Of a DNA stretch of 64,000 bases, positions 26,790-39,700 are shown piece by piece (within the stretch, counting starts at the first letter, position 1; every line of letters starts with the position of its first letter). The stretch is taken from the NCBI GenBank assembly GCA_030141605.1, contig JAQGDQ010000011.1:1050066-1114065 (forward strand), written 5' to 3'. This DNA is from Tubiluchus corallicola. Its lineage: Eukaryota > Animalia > Priapulida. Made by a program: the position numbers and the translations under genes. The notes under the pieces are model-generated. The model made no database searches and was not told the DNA's origin. It saw nothing but the letters and a program-made list of their open reading frames with translations.

Positions 26790-29700
26790 CCACTGTGACC
26801 TGGCCCACCTGAGTTGTTAAAGAAATATTTTCTAGATAAATATTGGACATTGAATTTGGGATACTTATTCTTTGTAAATTTTATGCACATGCTTTAATTT
26901 TGGTTCCATATTCTTACTCAGTTGTATTCACATATACGCATACAAAGTTTTCCACATACCTAAAGCATCATTTGTGTTTAAGGGAACTAATAAGCTTAGA
27001 TCGTCTGCATATACCCAAATGTGCCACAGAAAACTCCAGCAATATATTACAACCTTGACCTGATATTTGCAACTGCCTAAAGTTGCAATAATGCTGAACA
27101 CAATAAGACAATAACAAGTTTTGTAATTTATACCTGCGACAGCATGTTAGCATGAAGTGAGCCGGCTATTGTACTTCAAAATATGAAAAGGACTTTGTGT
27201 ACAAGAAAGGTACAAAGATATACTGAGTTACATGAACAATTAAAAGGCTTAGTATCAATCATATGTTCAAATTTGATTCGAATGAGTTTGTTTAGTTCAA
27301 ATTCGATATGAATCTAAATTTATAGATTCGAATAATTCAGCATTTCAGCCACATACATTCTTTATCATTAAAATGTTTGAAACAGCGTGCAATTTTGCTG
27401 CAGTTTCTGTGCAGAATTTTCAACACACTAATAGTTTTCTTACTGCAGAACACAATCAAATAATACGCATAATCTTTCTTTACTAGTCTTTACTAGTGGT
27501 TCGAAAACTTGTTCGGAAATCTTTCAAACTCAATTCGAATTTGATTCGGTTTCAAAATACCAAAATTCAGTTCGATTCGAATTCAAAAATCACAAATTCG
27601 ATTTGATTCGAATTTGCCTTCTGGTAGAGTAACAGCTACAAGCCTGCAACTTGCAAAATAGCTGCAGCTAAATGGATGCGTGGAAACAACCATGTGATTT
27701 CACTGTGAAATAAACTGTCTTGCTGTATGAGATCTTGAGAAAAAGTGACAAATTTTCTGATTTGCTGACAGCAATTCCATGCATCATTTTCCTTGCATAC
27801 TCACTGTGAAATGGGCATTATTTTTATAAGTCTCCATACTGCAAAGTGCAGACTAGGTCATAGAACATTACCTACCTAATGGCTAGCAAGCCAAATTCTA
27901 CGACTAACAAGTTTGCTGTTTCTAACTTGAAGAACTATAAATTGAAATCTTCATGTGCATGAATGGTTAGTAATGTGTGGCAAACAATACACATGTATTT
28001 GTTTAATTATTAAAATTTAAATAACGAACTTTCTATCAGTAGTATGCTAATCGCGACTTCTGAAGATTTTTTGACGTTGTCAAACGTTATTAAACTTTCT
28101 GCACAGTAGCTTAAATAAATAATGTTGTTGGTGTTTTTTGGGGACCTTATCCCATCATGCAGCATCTGTCGTCTGTTCACAATTTGTGTTCAAGCCATTT
28201 GTACCTGAACCACTTTGGGTGGCCTTGAGGTTTTTGGCCTAGAGTAACTTTGAGACAGAATCATAGTCAACGTCATAGGTCATGCTGAGGGCATATCCAG
28301 AATATGGGTAACATGTAGAAACCTCAACAACTGCACAGCAATGATTGACATAGTGGACGGATATGATTCAGCTTAATGCAAGAAATTTAAGTAACCTCTC
28401 ACCTACTGACAACCCAACATAGATAAAAAGAATTTTACCCCTCTTCTTAGTGGATCAGGAGTAAAGAGTTGAGTCTGCTCAGAGCAAGAATTAGAATGAT
28501 GTGTCGCCGGTTGACAATCCAACATTGATAAAAATCGTTTAATCTCCTCTCCTAACCGGATTCTAATGGTTGCAAGTATAGCGTTATAAGGGCAGGTTTT
28601 GTCCTGCAAAATGTCAAGTGTAGTTGTTGGCGATGGGCAAGAACTTTTGGATAATTCCATTCAGTGACCGTGTGACAAAGGTAAAAATGTCAGATGTGCC
28701 AAAAACACCAGCTGCATGAAATTTGGACATGAAACCATTTTACTCGTTTGACCAGGATTGCTGCTGGGAAATTAGTTCTCTGCCTGCTTTTATTGCCTAT
28801 CAGAATTTATGAACCAAATTTGACCAAAAAGGAATGATTTTGTGTCAAACGTCAAGACGGTCTAGGTATCAAACATGAGAATCAGGGGACCTAGAGCATC
28901 ATTGATGCTCTGGTTGTTGTTGTAGTTGTTGTTGCTGGTAAGGGCTGCCTAGCAAAAATGGTTTCAATTATAAACATTGTTCTTATTATCATCATTATTA
29001 ATATTGTACCAGTTTAAAGCTACGTTTACTAGACGACCGATGCTATTGCTTATGCGATTTGCATTATAGATATAAAATCAATTTATATTATTTTTAATGC
29101 ACCCGGTTATCACACCTCCATTATTGTATTCGTGTTATTGTGTGTTGGAGCTTAGGGATGCAGAAAATCCTTTTACTTTCTGGAAGGGCTTACAGAAAAA
29201 GATCATAAAATGCTTTTGCGCATCTGTGAAAATCTAATCTGTAACTAATCACAAAGTTTGGTGATCGTAACTCATAATAAGCAGAATAAAAAGTTTCCAT
29301 TATATTACACCTAAGTAATATAATGTATTTTCACAGGTGTAGCTAAAACAATAGATCCTTTTTGAACGTCATGATTTTATCTTTTGTGTGTAGAATTTAC
29401 AATAATCTTCTTATCTCATTGTAACTGTCTACATCAATGCATGTAATCACATTTTTAAGTTAATCTTTGAAAGACTGTTTTGTTTGTGGACATATTATTG
29501 CATTACTAGGAATGACGTAGTCAATATGACAAACATTATAATATGTGATCCAGTTTTTACTATTCAAAACTTGTCAACATTCACAATAATAATCTAGTTT
29601 GCTGTGTCTTATTAGTTTCTGAAAATCATATATACTGGCTAACAGTTTTTATTATGTATGTCGCCCTAGCATTATATGTGATGTGCCAGACACTGAAAGG

Positions 29701-32700
29701 AGACCTAACTGGCAGTTATTGGCTGAAATAACTAATGATATCCAAGATGTAATGAAATGAAGTGTCTATTATATTACCTTACAGATCCTCTTAATTATCA
29801 GTCGGTATGCCAGTTGCCCTCTTTTTTATATATAATTATGTGCATGGTGCATGTGTTGCAAACTTGTGAACCATCTAAGCATCTTGAAATAAGTTGCGCC
29901 TTCCGGTCAAGTGATGTGGCAAAATACATTTTTACATCAACTGATAAAAACTAGGAATACAGAAAAACTAGATAAAATGTCATAACTGGAAATATTTGCC
30001 TATAAGACTGCTTACTCTTTCAGAGAAATATTTTGTCCCAGAAAAGATTAGACTGAGCTAAAATAAATATAGGTGATTATGTGCCTTAATGCTATGAGAA
30101 AAGAATCGTTACCATTATGAGAAAAGAAGATTAATTGTTCATTTTAGACTGAAAAGGCAGCTTACAATAAAACAATGATGTGCGAAAACAACCGTTTTAG
30201 TGACGCTGTGACATATTGCTGAAAATGTGAAAGCGCAATGATTGCCATTTCATCAAAGCTTTATTCTAAGCAAGGCTCACTGTTGAAGTTTTATAAATCT
30301 CAGGATGTCATTTCTTGTAACAAGTAATTCTATAGATGTAGGCAGAGAGAGCAGCACAAATGAACATAAACTTGCTGCATCAGTTTAGTGTAACCAAACA
30401 GTAGATGACAGACATCCTGAAATGTATTTTATTCACAGATCCTGTTAAGAATTGACATTGGGAAACTTCAAGTGTAATAGTTTGCAGTAATAGACATTTG
30501 TGATTAAGAACATGAATATGGAAAGTTTGACTGCTGCTAATCTATCTTTTGATAGCAGTTATAGTCTAGGCGCCAGCTCATTTTTAAAAATAATAGCATC
30601 ACTTTTGCTGCTCACAGATTTTGCTATTGTCGGCGGTAACTTACTTGTATTGATGACAGTTTACAAGTGTGAAGAATTACAGACAAGAATGAACATGCTT
30701 ATTGTGTCACTAGCATGTGCTGACCTATTGGCTGGTCTGGCAATTCCTATTGAAGTTACTGCTTTACTGAGACCGAATGATCGACTTCAAATTGGACTCT
30801 ATAGTGGGATTTTTGCAGCTTGGGCTTGGGACACAAGTCTGTATCATCTGTATCTAATAGCCGCTGAAAGATATATGGCAGTTGTCCATCCTTTTAAATA
30901 CTATTATGTGACAAAGAAACTGTTGGTAACGTTAATATTTTGTGCATGGATAACTGCATTAGCCGGATCACTTGTATTTCACTTGCTACAAAATCCGGAA
31001 CAATCAGAATTGTTCCTTAATGTGTATTTAGTTTTTTTCTTCTACATACCTGCAGTAATAATGGTAATTTTGTATGTGTTGATATGGAAGACAGCCAGAA
31101 GATTGGTTCTACAGATTCATCCGGAAGATCCTCAAAGTGGTACAACCATAAGAGAAATGAAAGCAACAAGAACCGTTGGTATAATCACAGTAGTGTTCTT
31201 CATCTGCTGGTGTCCTCTTTTGCTCTATCCATTTATATTATCATTTCTGAGAACTTGTTGGGATCATACTTGCTACTCAGATGAAAGCTTCATCTTGGTT
31301 TGGCTTGCTTACACTAATAGTGCACTGAATCCACTTATTTATGGAGTAGCAAATAGTGCATTTAGAAAAGCATTTAAAAAGATTTTAAAATGCGGTTAAT
31401 CTGTGGTCATATTCTTATGTCCATTGATTTTAGTAAGTCTCTGCACTGCATAGTGCAGACCAAATTGTCAAACATTACTCAAGAGCTAGCAATGCTAATT
31501 TGACAACTTACAACATTACCCAAAAGCTAGTAAGGCTAATCTGACAACTTACAATTCAACTTGAAGAACCATAAGTTGAAATCTTCATATGCATGAATAG
31601 TTAGCAAGTGTGTGGCATACAATACATGTGTATTTGTTAAATTATTAAAATTTAAATAACTTTCTGTTACTAGTGTGTTAATCATGTCTTTTGAAGGTTT
31701 ATCAATATTGTGTGACGCTACTAAACTTTCTGCACAGTTGTTAAAATAAATAACACTGTTGTTGTTGTTGTTGTTGTTGCTGGTGCTGCTGGTGCTGCTA
31801 CTGTTGTTGCTGTCATTGTTAGGTCCCCTGACTTTCCAAGTCGTGCCATCATGCAGTGTCCGTCGTTCGTTCACAATTTGTGTTTAAGGCAGTTAAACAT
31901 GAACCACTTAGGGTGGCTTTGAGTTTTTTGGTATGGAGTAGCTTGAGGACAAAATCATCATCAAAGTCAAAGGTCATGGCAAGGGCATATCCAGGACAGA
32001 GGTAAACACACAGAATCTCAACAAGCACAGTAATGATGGATCTAGTGGACTGATCTGATTAAGGTCAATGCAAGAAATTAAAGTGGCCTCTCACCTGCTG
32101 ATGACACCTATAGACAAAATTTTTTTACCCCTCTCCTTGGTGGATTCAGGAGTTAGAAGAGTTTGAGTCAGCTCTATGCGGCAATCCAACAATGACAAAA
32201 GAATTTTAACCCCCTTTCCCAGAGAGAGCGTATATCTGATTCTGACAATTGCAAGTATAGCGTTATAAAGGCAATTTTTGTGCCGCAAAATGTCAAGTAT
32301 ATATGTTAGGCGATGGTGTAGAACTTTTGGGTAATTCCATTTAGTGACCATGTGACAAAGATAAAACTGTCGAATGGGGCCAAATACATCAACTGCGTGA
32401 AATTTGGACACGAAAATTATTTGACCCTGTTTGACCTGGAAGCGCTGCTGGGAAATTATTTCTTTGCCTACCTTTATTGCCTATGAGAATTTGTGAACTA
32501 GTAAAAAATGAATTAGGTCAGGTTCTAGCTAGCTGTTATAACTGTTACTATTACAATAGCATGGGCTGCTAGGTGTTGTCAGGTGTACACAAATGCGTTG
32601 TCTGGCACACTTAAGGCTTTTTCATGATCAGCATCAATCTCTAGAACTGTGAAAAGGCTTATTATAAACATTGTTCTTAATACCGTCTTTATTAATATTG

Positions 32701-33686
32701 TACATGATTAAAGCCGTGCTTACTAGACGGCCAACGTTATTACAAATGTAATTTGCATTTTATACATAAAATCACATTATATAGTTTTTAACACACCCGG
32801 TTATCACATCTCTGTTATTGTATTCATGTTATTGTGTATTGGAGCTTAGTGATGCAGAAAAACCTCAAACTCTCTGTAAGTGATTCTGCCACGGGGTCTT
32901 CAGAAAAAAGAATACAAAATACTATTGTATGGCAATGATGTCGTCTTCTTCAAAGCATGAGTGCAATGAAGCAGCCTTGATTAAATAATATGCATTCCAT
33001 TCCACATGTCTGGTAAAATCGCTTGCGTAATTTATTCTTGAAGCTATTTCACAAGTGTTTATATGCACCCCGATTGATTAAATAACCCATACGCACAATA
33101 ACACGCAAATCTGATACTCTAGAAAATGCGGTTTAGCAGTTTGCTTGTATAAACATAAAACTTTATAACATAAACATCATACATAAAACTTATCACTAAT
33201 TTCTTTGATTAATACTAGTTACACGAAAATCACATGGAAATAAAATTTGGCTTTGTGAATAGATATATTAAGGGCTTCCGTATTTGCATTATTAATATAT
33301 GGTTTAATATAATCATGTACATTTAATTTATGTGACATTTGCTATTACTGACCTCTAGTGATCCACTTCAGTATTTTAAATTAGACCAAATCACGTGTTT
33401 CTAGTATTATTAATAACAAAGATAATGCACTTATATATTAGATGACATAAGACATTGCATAATAAAATTTGCAACTAATGCAGATGTTCGGCATAAGGAA
33501 AAACTTAAGTACTAGGATTCATTGGTAAGAAATTAATATCTGTATGCCATGGTAAGCAAAAATTACTTAATCCCAATATTCCCCACAGTATTTAACCAAT
33601 CTAGAATCTAGTCTTTATCACAAAGCTTGGCAGTCAATATAAGCAGAATGATAAGTTACCATTGTATTACATTTAAATCAGTAGAT

Positions 33687-33738
<52 letters not shown>

Positions 33739-36700
33739 CCACTGTGACCTGGCCCACCTGAGTTTTTAAAGGAATATTTTCTAGATAAGTATTTGACATT
33801 GAATTTGGGATACTTATTCTTTGTAAATTTTATGCACGTGCTTTTAATTTTGGTTCCGTATTCTTACTCCATATTATTCACATATGTGCATACAAAGTTT
33901 TCCACATATCTAAAGCATCATTTGTGTTTAAGGGAACTAATAAGCTTAGATCGTCTGCATATACCCAAATGTGCCACAGAAAACTCCAGCAATATATTAC
34001 AACCTTAACCTGATATTTGCAACTGCCTAAAGTTGCAATAATGCTGAACACAATAAGACAATAACAAATTTTGTGATTTATACCTGCGACAGCATATTAG
34101 CATGAAGTAAGCCGGCTATTGTACTTCAAAATATGAAAAGGACTTTGTGTACAAGAAAGGTGCAAAGATATACTTAGGTACATGAACAATAAAAAGGCTT
34201 AATATCAATCGAATGTGAAATTCGATTCTAATGAGTTTGTTTAGTTCAAATTCGATTCGAATCTAAACTTATAGATTTGAATAATTCAGCATTTCAGCCA
34301 CATACGATCTTTATCATTAAAATGTTTGAAACAGCATGCAATTAGTGCAATTTTGCAGTAGTTTCTGTGCAGAATTTTTAACAAACTAATAGTGGTTTTA
34401 CTGCAGAACAAAGTCAAATAATACTCATGATCTTTGTAAGACCAGTCTTTACTAGTGGTTCGAAAACTTGTTCAGAAATCTTTCAAACTCATTTCGAATT
34501 TGATTCGGATTCAAAATACCGAAATTCAGTTCGATTCGAATTCAAAAATCACAGATTTTATTTGATTCGAATTTGCTTTCTGGTAGAGAATGCTCACTAC
34601 TAATTGACAGTACGTGTAATGTGTCATTTAATTGGATTAACTTCAATGATGATTACCGACTCATCCAATGACTACAGCATAGAAAATCATCATTTTACAA
34701 GCTAATGGCATCATTAATTACCCTAATCATTTATAGTCGGCTTTTTGGTGAACATTTAACATAAGCTAGTTTTTGCCACCGACTGTAAATAACAAAATAC
34801 AACTACATAACAGAGACTACTATTGTCCCACTTTTACAACTAAATAGTTGTCCACGCCCCAAGCAGGACAACAGCAGGTACCATTTTTAAAGCCTTTGGT
34901 ATGACTGGCCGCTGTATTGAACTCATGACTCCCAAACAGAAATGTAACAGTCAGAACAACTTGTTTGTGTTGATGGCAGTTTACAAGTGCCCCAAGGGCA
35001 TGATATTGAAACCATAGCACATGCATCATTTCTTGGCCAGCTGAGATCAGATTCAACAAATCCATTCCACTGGCATTCCTTTCAAAACTCGAAGAAATCG
35101 CAAGCTTCAAAACTGATTTTCAGAATGTGGAGCATGGGGACACTTCTTATGCTAAACAATGCCGATAGGCTAGAACAATGTACAGTGCTTCTCTCCACGG
35201 AACAAATGAATGTCGACTTCGCATGCCTTGAATGAAACCAGTCTCTCAAGGGAAGAGAAATTTGAGGAGAATACCTCTGGATATATTATTTTGAGAAAGA
35301 ACAGAACAAAAAAGAATAAGTGAAGGAGTTAGTTTGCCATCAAATTCAATATCATTCCTGACTATTAGTTACCATTCATAACCATCAAAGGAATGCATGA
35401 TAACCCGGATCAGATTATTCTGTAGGCTAGGATTATCCACAGGCTGCAGCTTGGAGCCCTTCAAGCTTTGTTAACACTTGACAAAAAAAATCTGTTTTTT
35501 CACTATGGTTGTGTTGAAATATGTGCTAATTTTTGTTCTCAGCATTGTGCACTGTAAAGTCTTTTATTGTTTTTAATGCATCAAATTTCCTGTGTACATT
35601 TGCATTAATTTGTTAAATGGCAATAGATTGGATCATTATAGGTATTATAAGGACATTTCTTCTGTAATAAAAAGTCTTTTTTGTTTAATGGTGCCACTAC
35701 CAGTCTGCTAGAACATGTCTCAGAAATTTCCGCAGTCTGTGAGTCATGTTCATCATCAAAAATGGTACTTTCTTTCATTTGCAATGGTTACTGATACATT
35801 TTACATATGGATTATGACCTTTTCGGGCCCTTAGGTTAATGAAATGATAGGGCCTCCTCAAATGGAACCACCTTCTGACTCGCGTGGACCCGTCTTGTAT
35901 ATTTTTTACTCCAGATATATTTTTCGACATTTACATAACTTGAAATAAACTTATTGCAAATTCTTCAAATAAACTAGAATAGTTTTTTCTGTCAGTAAAA
36001 ATATTGTTTAAGAAATACCACTGTTTTACTATTTATGCTAACCAAATTAGCACATATTTTAACACAACCATAGTGAAAAATCGATTTTTTAACCAATGTT
36101 ACCAAAGCTTGAAGGCCTCCAAGCTTAAGGGTCCCCGGGCCACAGCCTATACTAGCCCATATGATAATCCCGCCCTGTATACTTCACAGTGCCAATCAGT
36201 CATGATTTCATTACACATCTACATTGTAAAGTGTGATATGGAAGTTTTTCCAGAAAACAAAAACAGATTATTGATGTATTTCTCAAGCAAACAGCGAAAT
36301 CCTGTGTGCAGATTTTATTGTATAGTAACATGATATGTCTAAAACGTGTTTTTCGCCTTTTAAAATCCCAAAGCTAGTACATAGCTGCTCAAAACATCAT
36401 TTTTACTTTGATACCCAAAGGACGTAATTTATTGTTAACTCGGTCAACCCGGTACCTTAATGCAACAATTGTCTAAAAATCTGTATTGTTTGTCTGTGTG
36501 CATCTTTAGCTGTTTAGTAGTTAGAGCATTAAGACAAATGCACTAGGCCTATTATAGTCATTCACATTTGGACGTTTAACAATCAATTCCCATTTTAGTT
36601 AAAGGTATTAAACGTCTTGAAATCTATGATAAAACAAATTTGAAGCAGAAATAGACGTTAATACTGAGCACATTAAATGATCGAATTTGCATCAGAGCAT

Positions 36701-39700
36701 TATCACAAATTAAAGCTAGCTTTTGAAAAGAGCACCGTGTTTTCAAGACATGTCAGTGATGAGCTTAATGTCAAATTATATTTCGCAATGCCTTTAGTAA
36801 TTCGAATGAATGGATAATTTTCCTTTTGCTGCGAGAATAATGTGAAGTTCGGTGCACAGTGTTAGGCTCTATCTGCATATTGAAAGACTGCAGAAAGATT
36901 TTGTATCTAATTTGTGTAGATACATAAAACTTTCATCTTGAAGACTAACAATGGAATATTTAAATGCAGAAACTTCGACAATGATTACCAATTCAAGTTA
37001 TTACCATAATGTAGAAGGATATTCATTTTATAATGTAATGGCATCATTATTCATGCTGTCAGAAGTTGCTCTTATCGGAGACAACTTGCTTGTGTTGATG
37101 GCAATCTACAAGTGTGAAGAATTACAAACAAGAATGAACATGCTTATTGTGTTACTAGCGATTGCTGACCTACTGCGGAGTTTGGTGTACAACGCACGGC
37201 AAAAAAGTTCGTTTCTAATTTCAAGCTTGAAGTTGAAATTGATATTGTTGATTTTTAACTACTAACACAATTTTATTATATAATATGATAACTGCAAAAC
37301 ATAAGTCTTTCACAAGCTACTAACAGCACTACTAAGCTAACTAAATACAATAGTAATGTTTTATAAATCGAGATGGCTGCTAGGTGTGACCATTATGGTC
37401 TTTGCCATCCCGTCTCAATGCAATTATAATTAACAGTGTGTAATTAAATAGTATATAAGCATATGGAATAAGACAAATAAACTAGACCGATATTGACAAA
37501 GATTAGTTTTATTTTCGCTGCATTACCATAAGAATTAATTTTAATATTAAGTAATATATAAGACAACATTGTAGTCGGAATTAGTTTTTCAAGCAACTGA
37601 CTAATGTACTGTGATTTTGTCAGCAATACAGGGGTTTACTGAAAATACATGGCACATTATACATGAACAAAGCTGTCTCTTTCATTTACTGAATTTATTA
37701 CAAGTCTTTGACATGCACTCATACACAATGAATTAATCTTGTGCTGTGGCCATTTGTTTATTTATAATGCCTGAAATTGTGCTTAATCTACCATTATGAG
37801 ACAGAGCATTCTAGTTAGTATGTTTAATCTGTTGAAACATATCTTTCAGTTTTCCATATTTGTGTGAATAAGTTTAATGATTACTGAATGAAAATGTAAC
37901 ATATGAAAAGAGCATTAATGTACAAGAACAAAGAGAAGAAATTCAAAGAAAATATGCTAAGATATTCCAACAATGATAAGCTTAATGTGACATTAACTAA
38001 AATTTAATGTAGAGATTTATGTACCTATACTACTTACCATTGTTTGAGCAAGAGCAGAGAAGAAAGTAAAGATAAGGCTGTTGCAAGACAAGGTTGTGCG
38101 GAGTTTGGTGTACAATGCAAGCCAGAAAAGTTCATTTCTAATTTTAAGTTTAAAGTTGAAATTGAAATTGAATAATACCAATAATAGAGTATTCAAATGA
38201 AGGAATTTCAACAATGATTACAAATTCAACTTATAACTATACTATAAAAGATCATTCGTTTTACAAGCTAATAGCATCATTGTTCATGCTGTCAGAATGT
38301 GCCATTATCGGAGGCAATTTGCTTGTGTTGATAGCAGTTTACAAATGTGAAGAATTACAGGCAAGAATGAATTTTCTCATTGTGTCACTAGCATTTGCTG
38401 ACCTATTGGCTGGACTGGCAATTCCTATTGAAGTCACTGTTTTATTGCTACCCGATTATTCCAGAATTAGGCTGATTCTTGAATGGTGTGTAAATCTTCT
38501 TTCCGACTGTAGCTGGATTGCGAGTGTGTATCATCTATATCTGATATCCATTGAGAGATATTTGGCTGTCGTGCATCCTTTTAAGTACTATATATACATA
38601 ACAAAGAGAGCTCTTGTTATTACAATAACTGCTGCTTGGATTAGTGCTCTTACTGGATCTGTTTTAATACATGTAATAAGTTTAATTAATTATATTAATT
38701 TAATTAATACATTTAATACTAGAGCCGGAAGAAGTGGAAATATATTTCAATTTTAGTTTGAATACTAGAGCTGGAAGAAGTGGAAATATATTTCAATTTT
38801 AGTTTGATTGTGTTTTTCTACATACCTACAATAGTAATGGTAATTCTGTATGGATTAATGTGGAAAACTGCTAGACAGCAAGTATTACGCATACACTCCA
38901 GCCGTGGTGAGCATAGTGCAACCATAAGAGAAATGAAGGCGACAAGGACTGTAGGTGCAGTAACAGAGACTTTTCTTGTTCTTTGGTGTCCATTCATGCT
39001 TTTGCCATATATGGGGAAAATTCCTAGCCATTGCTTGCTGGCACCCAGATGCTTTCCGCATTATGGTTTAATTTTCATTTGGCTTGCTTACACTAACAGT
39101 GCAATGAATCCACTTATTTATGCTGCATCAAGTAATGCTTTTAGAAAAGCATTTAAAAAACTTTTGAAATGCTGAAGTTGGTAGGCCGTGTTAGAGTGGT
39201 CAAAACCAATCTTGTTCAGGGACATATTATGCTTCATGCTTCCATTTCAGAATTACGTCCCGGGAGTCTCTCAATGTTACCTCGTGCTAATCACCAGTTA
39301 TTTCTAAAATGTGGGTATGTGTATCCTTGCGTGTGCTTTATTACATGATACCCAGTTGAAAATATGACAGGAGACCAATTTCAAGAAGTCTGGAAAAGAC
39401 ATACCATACCAATAATGCCAGATAATCGGCATTTCTATTTGATTGTTTTGCCTGCTACTTGATTAACTGAGTATTGATTTTCGTTATTTAATGAATCTTA
39501 TATGTGTTGACTTCCGTTGTACTTTAATTATTAATTATTACGTTAACTTTAAATGGGCCACACTTAAGCCAAAATCCACGTAAGTGACATGATAGTGGCT
39601 TACATACTCCTTTTTCAAAACCTCTTTTCAGTCTCTTTTGTCTTCTCCCAGACCAGCCAGTTCCTTACTGAGGCTAACTCTAAGCTCTTCCGTACTCGAC

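Larger units (their letters stand above)
22341..27629 (+). repeat. Segmental tandem duplication, unit 1 (contains GPCR copy A)
   Basis: Colinear high-identity match to 29333-34589, from gtagc.aaaacaatagatcct to atttgc.ttctggtagag. It includes the shared (AT)n and CTG/TTG microsatellites. Confidence 0.92.

Noticed and set aside
23534-31399. Assigning the GPCRs a specific name such as adenosine, histamine or octopamine receptor
   Set aside because: Only generic class A motifs are shared. Asp3.32 and the Cys3.25-ECL2 disulfide are absent, so no gene symbol is justified.
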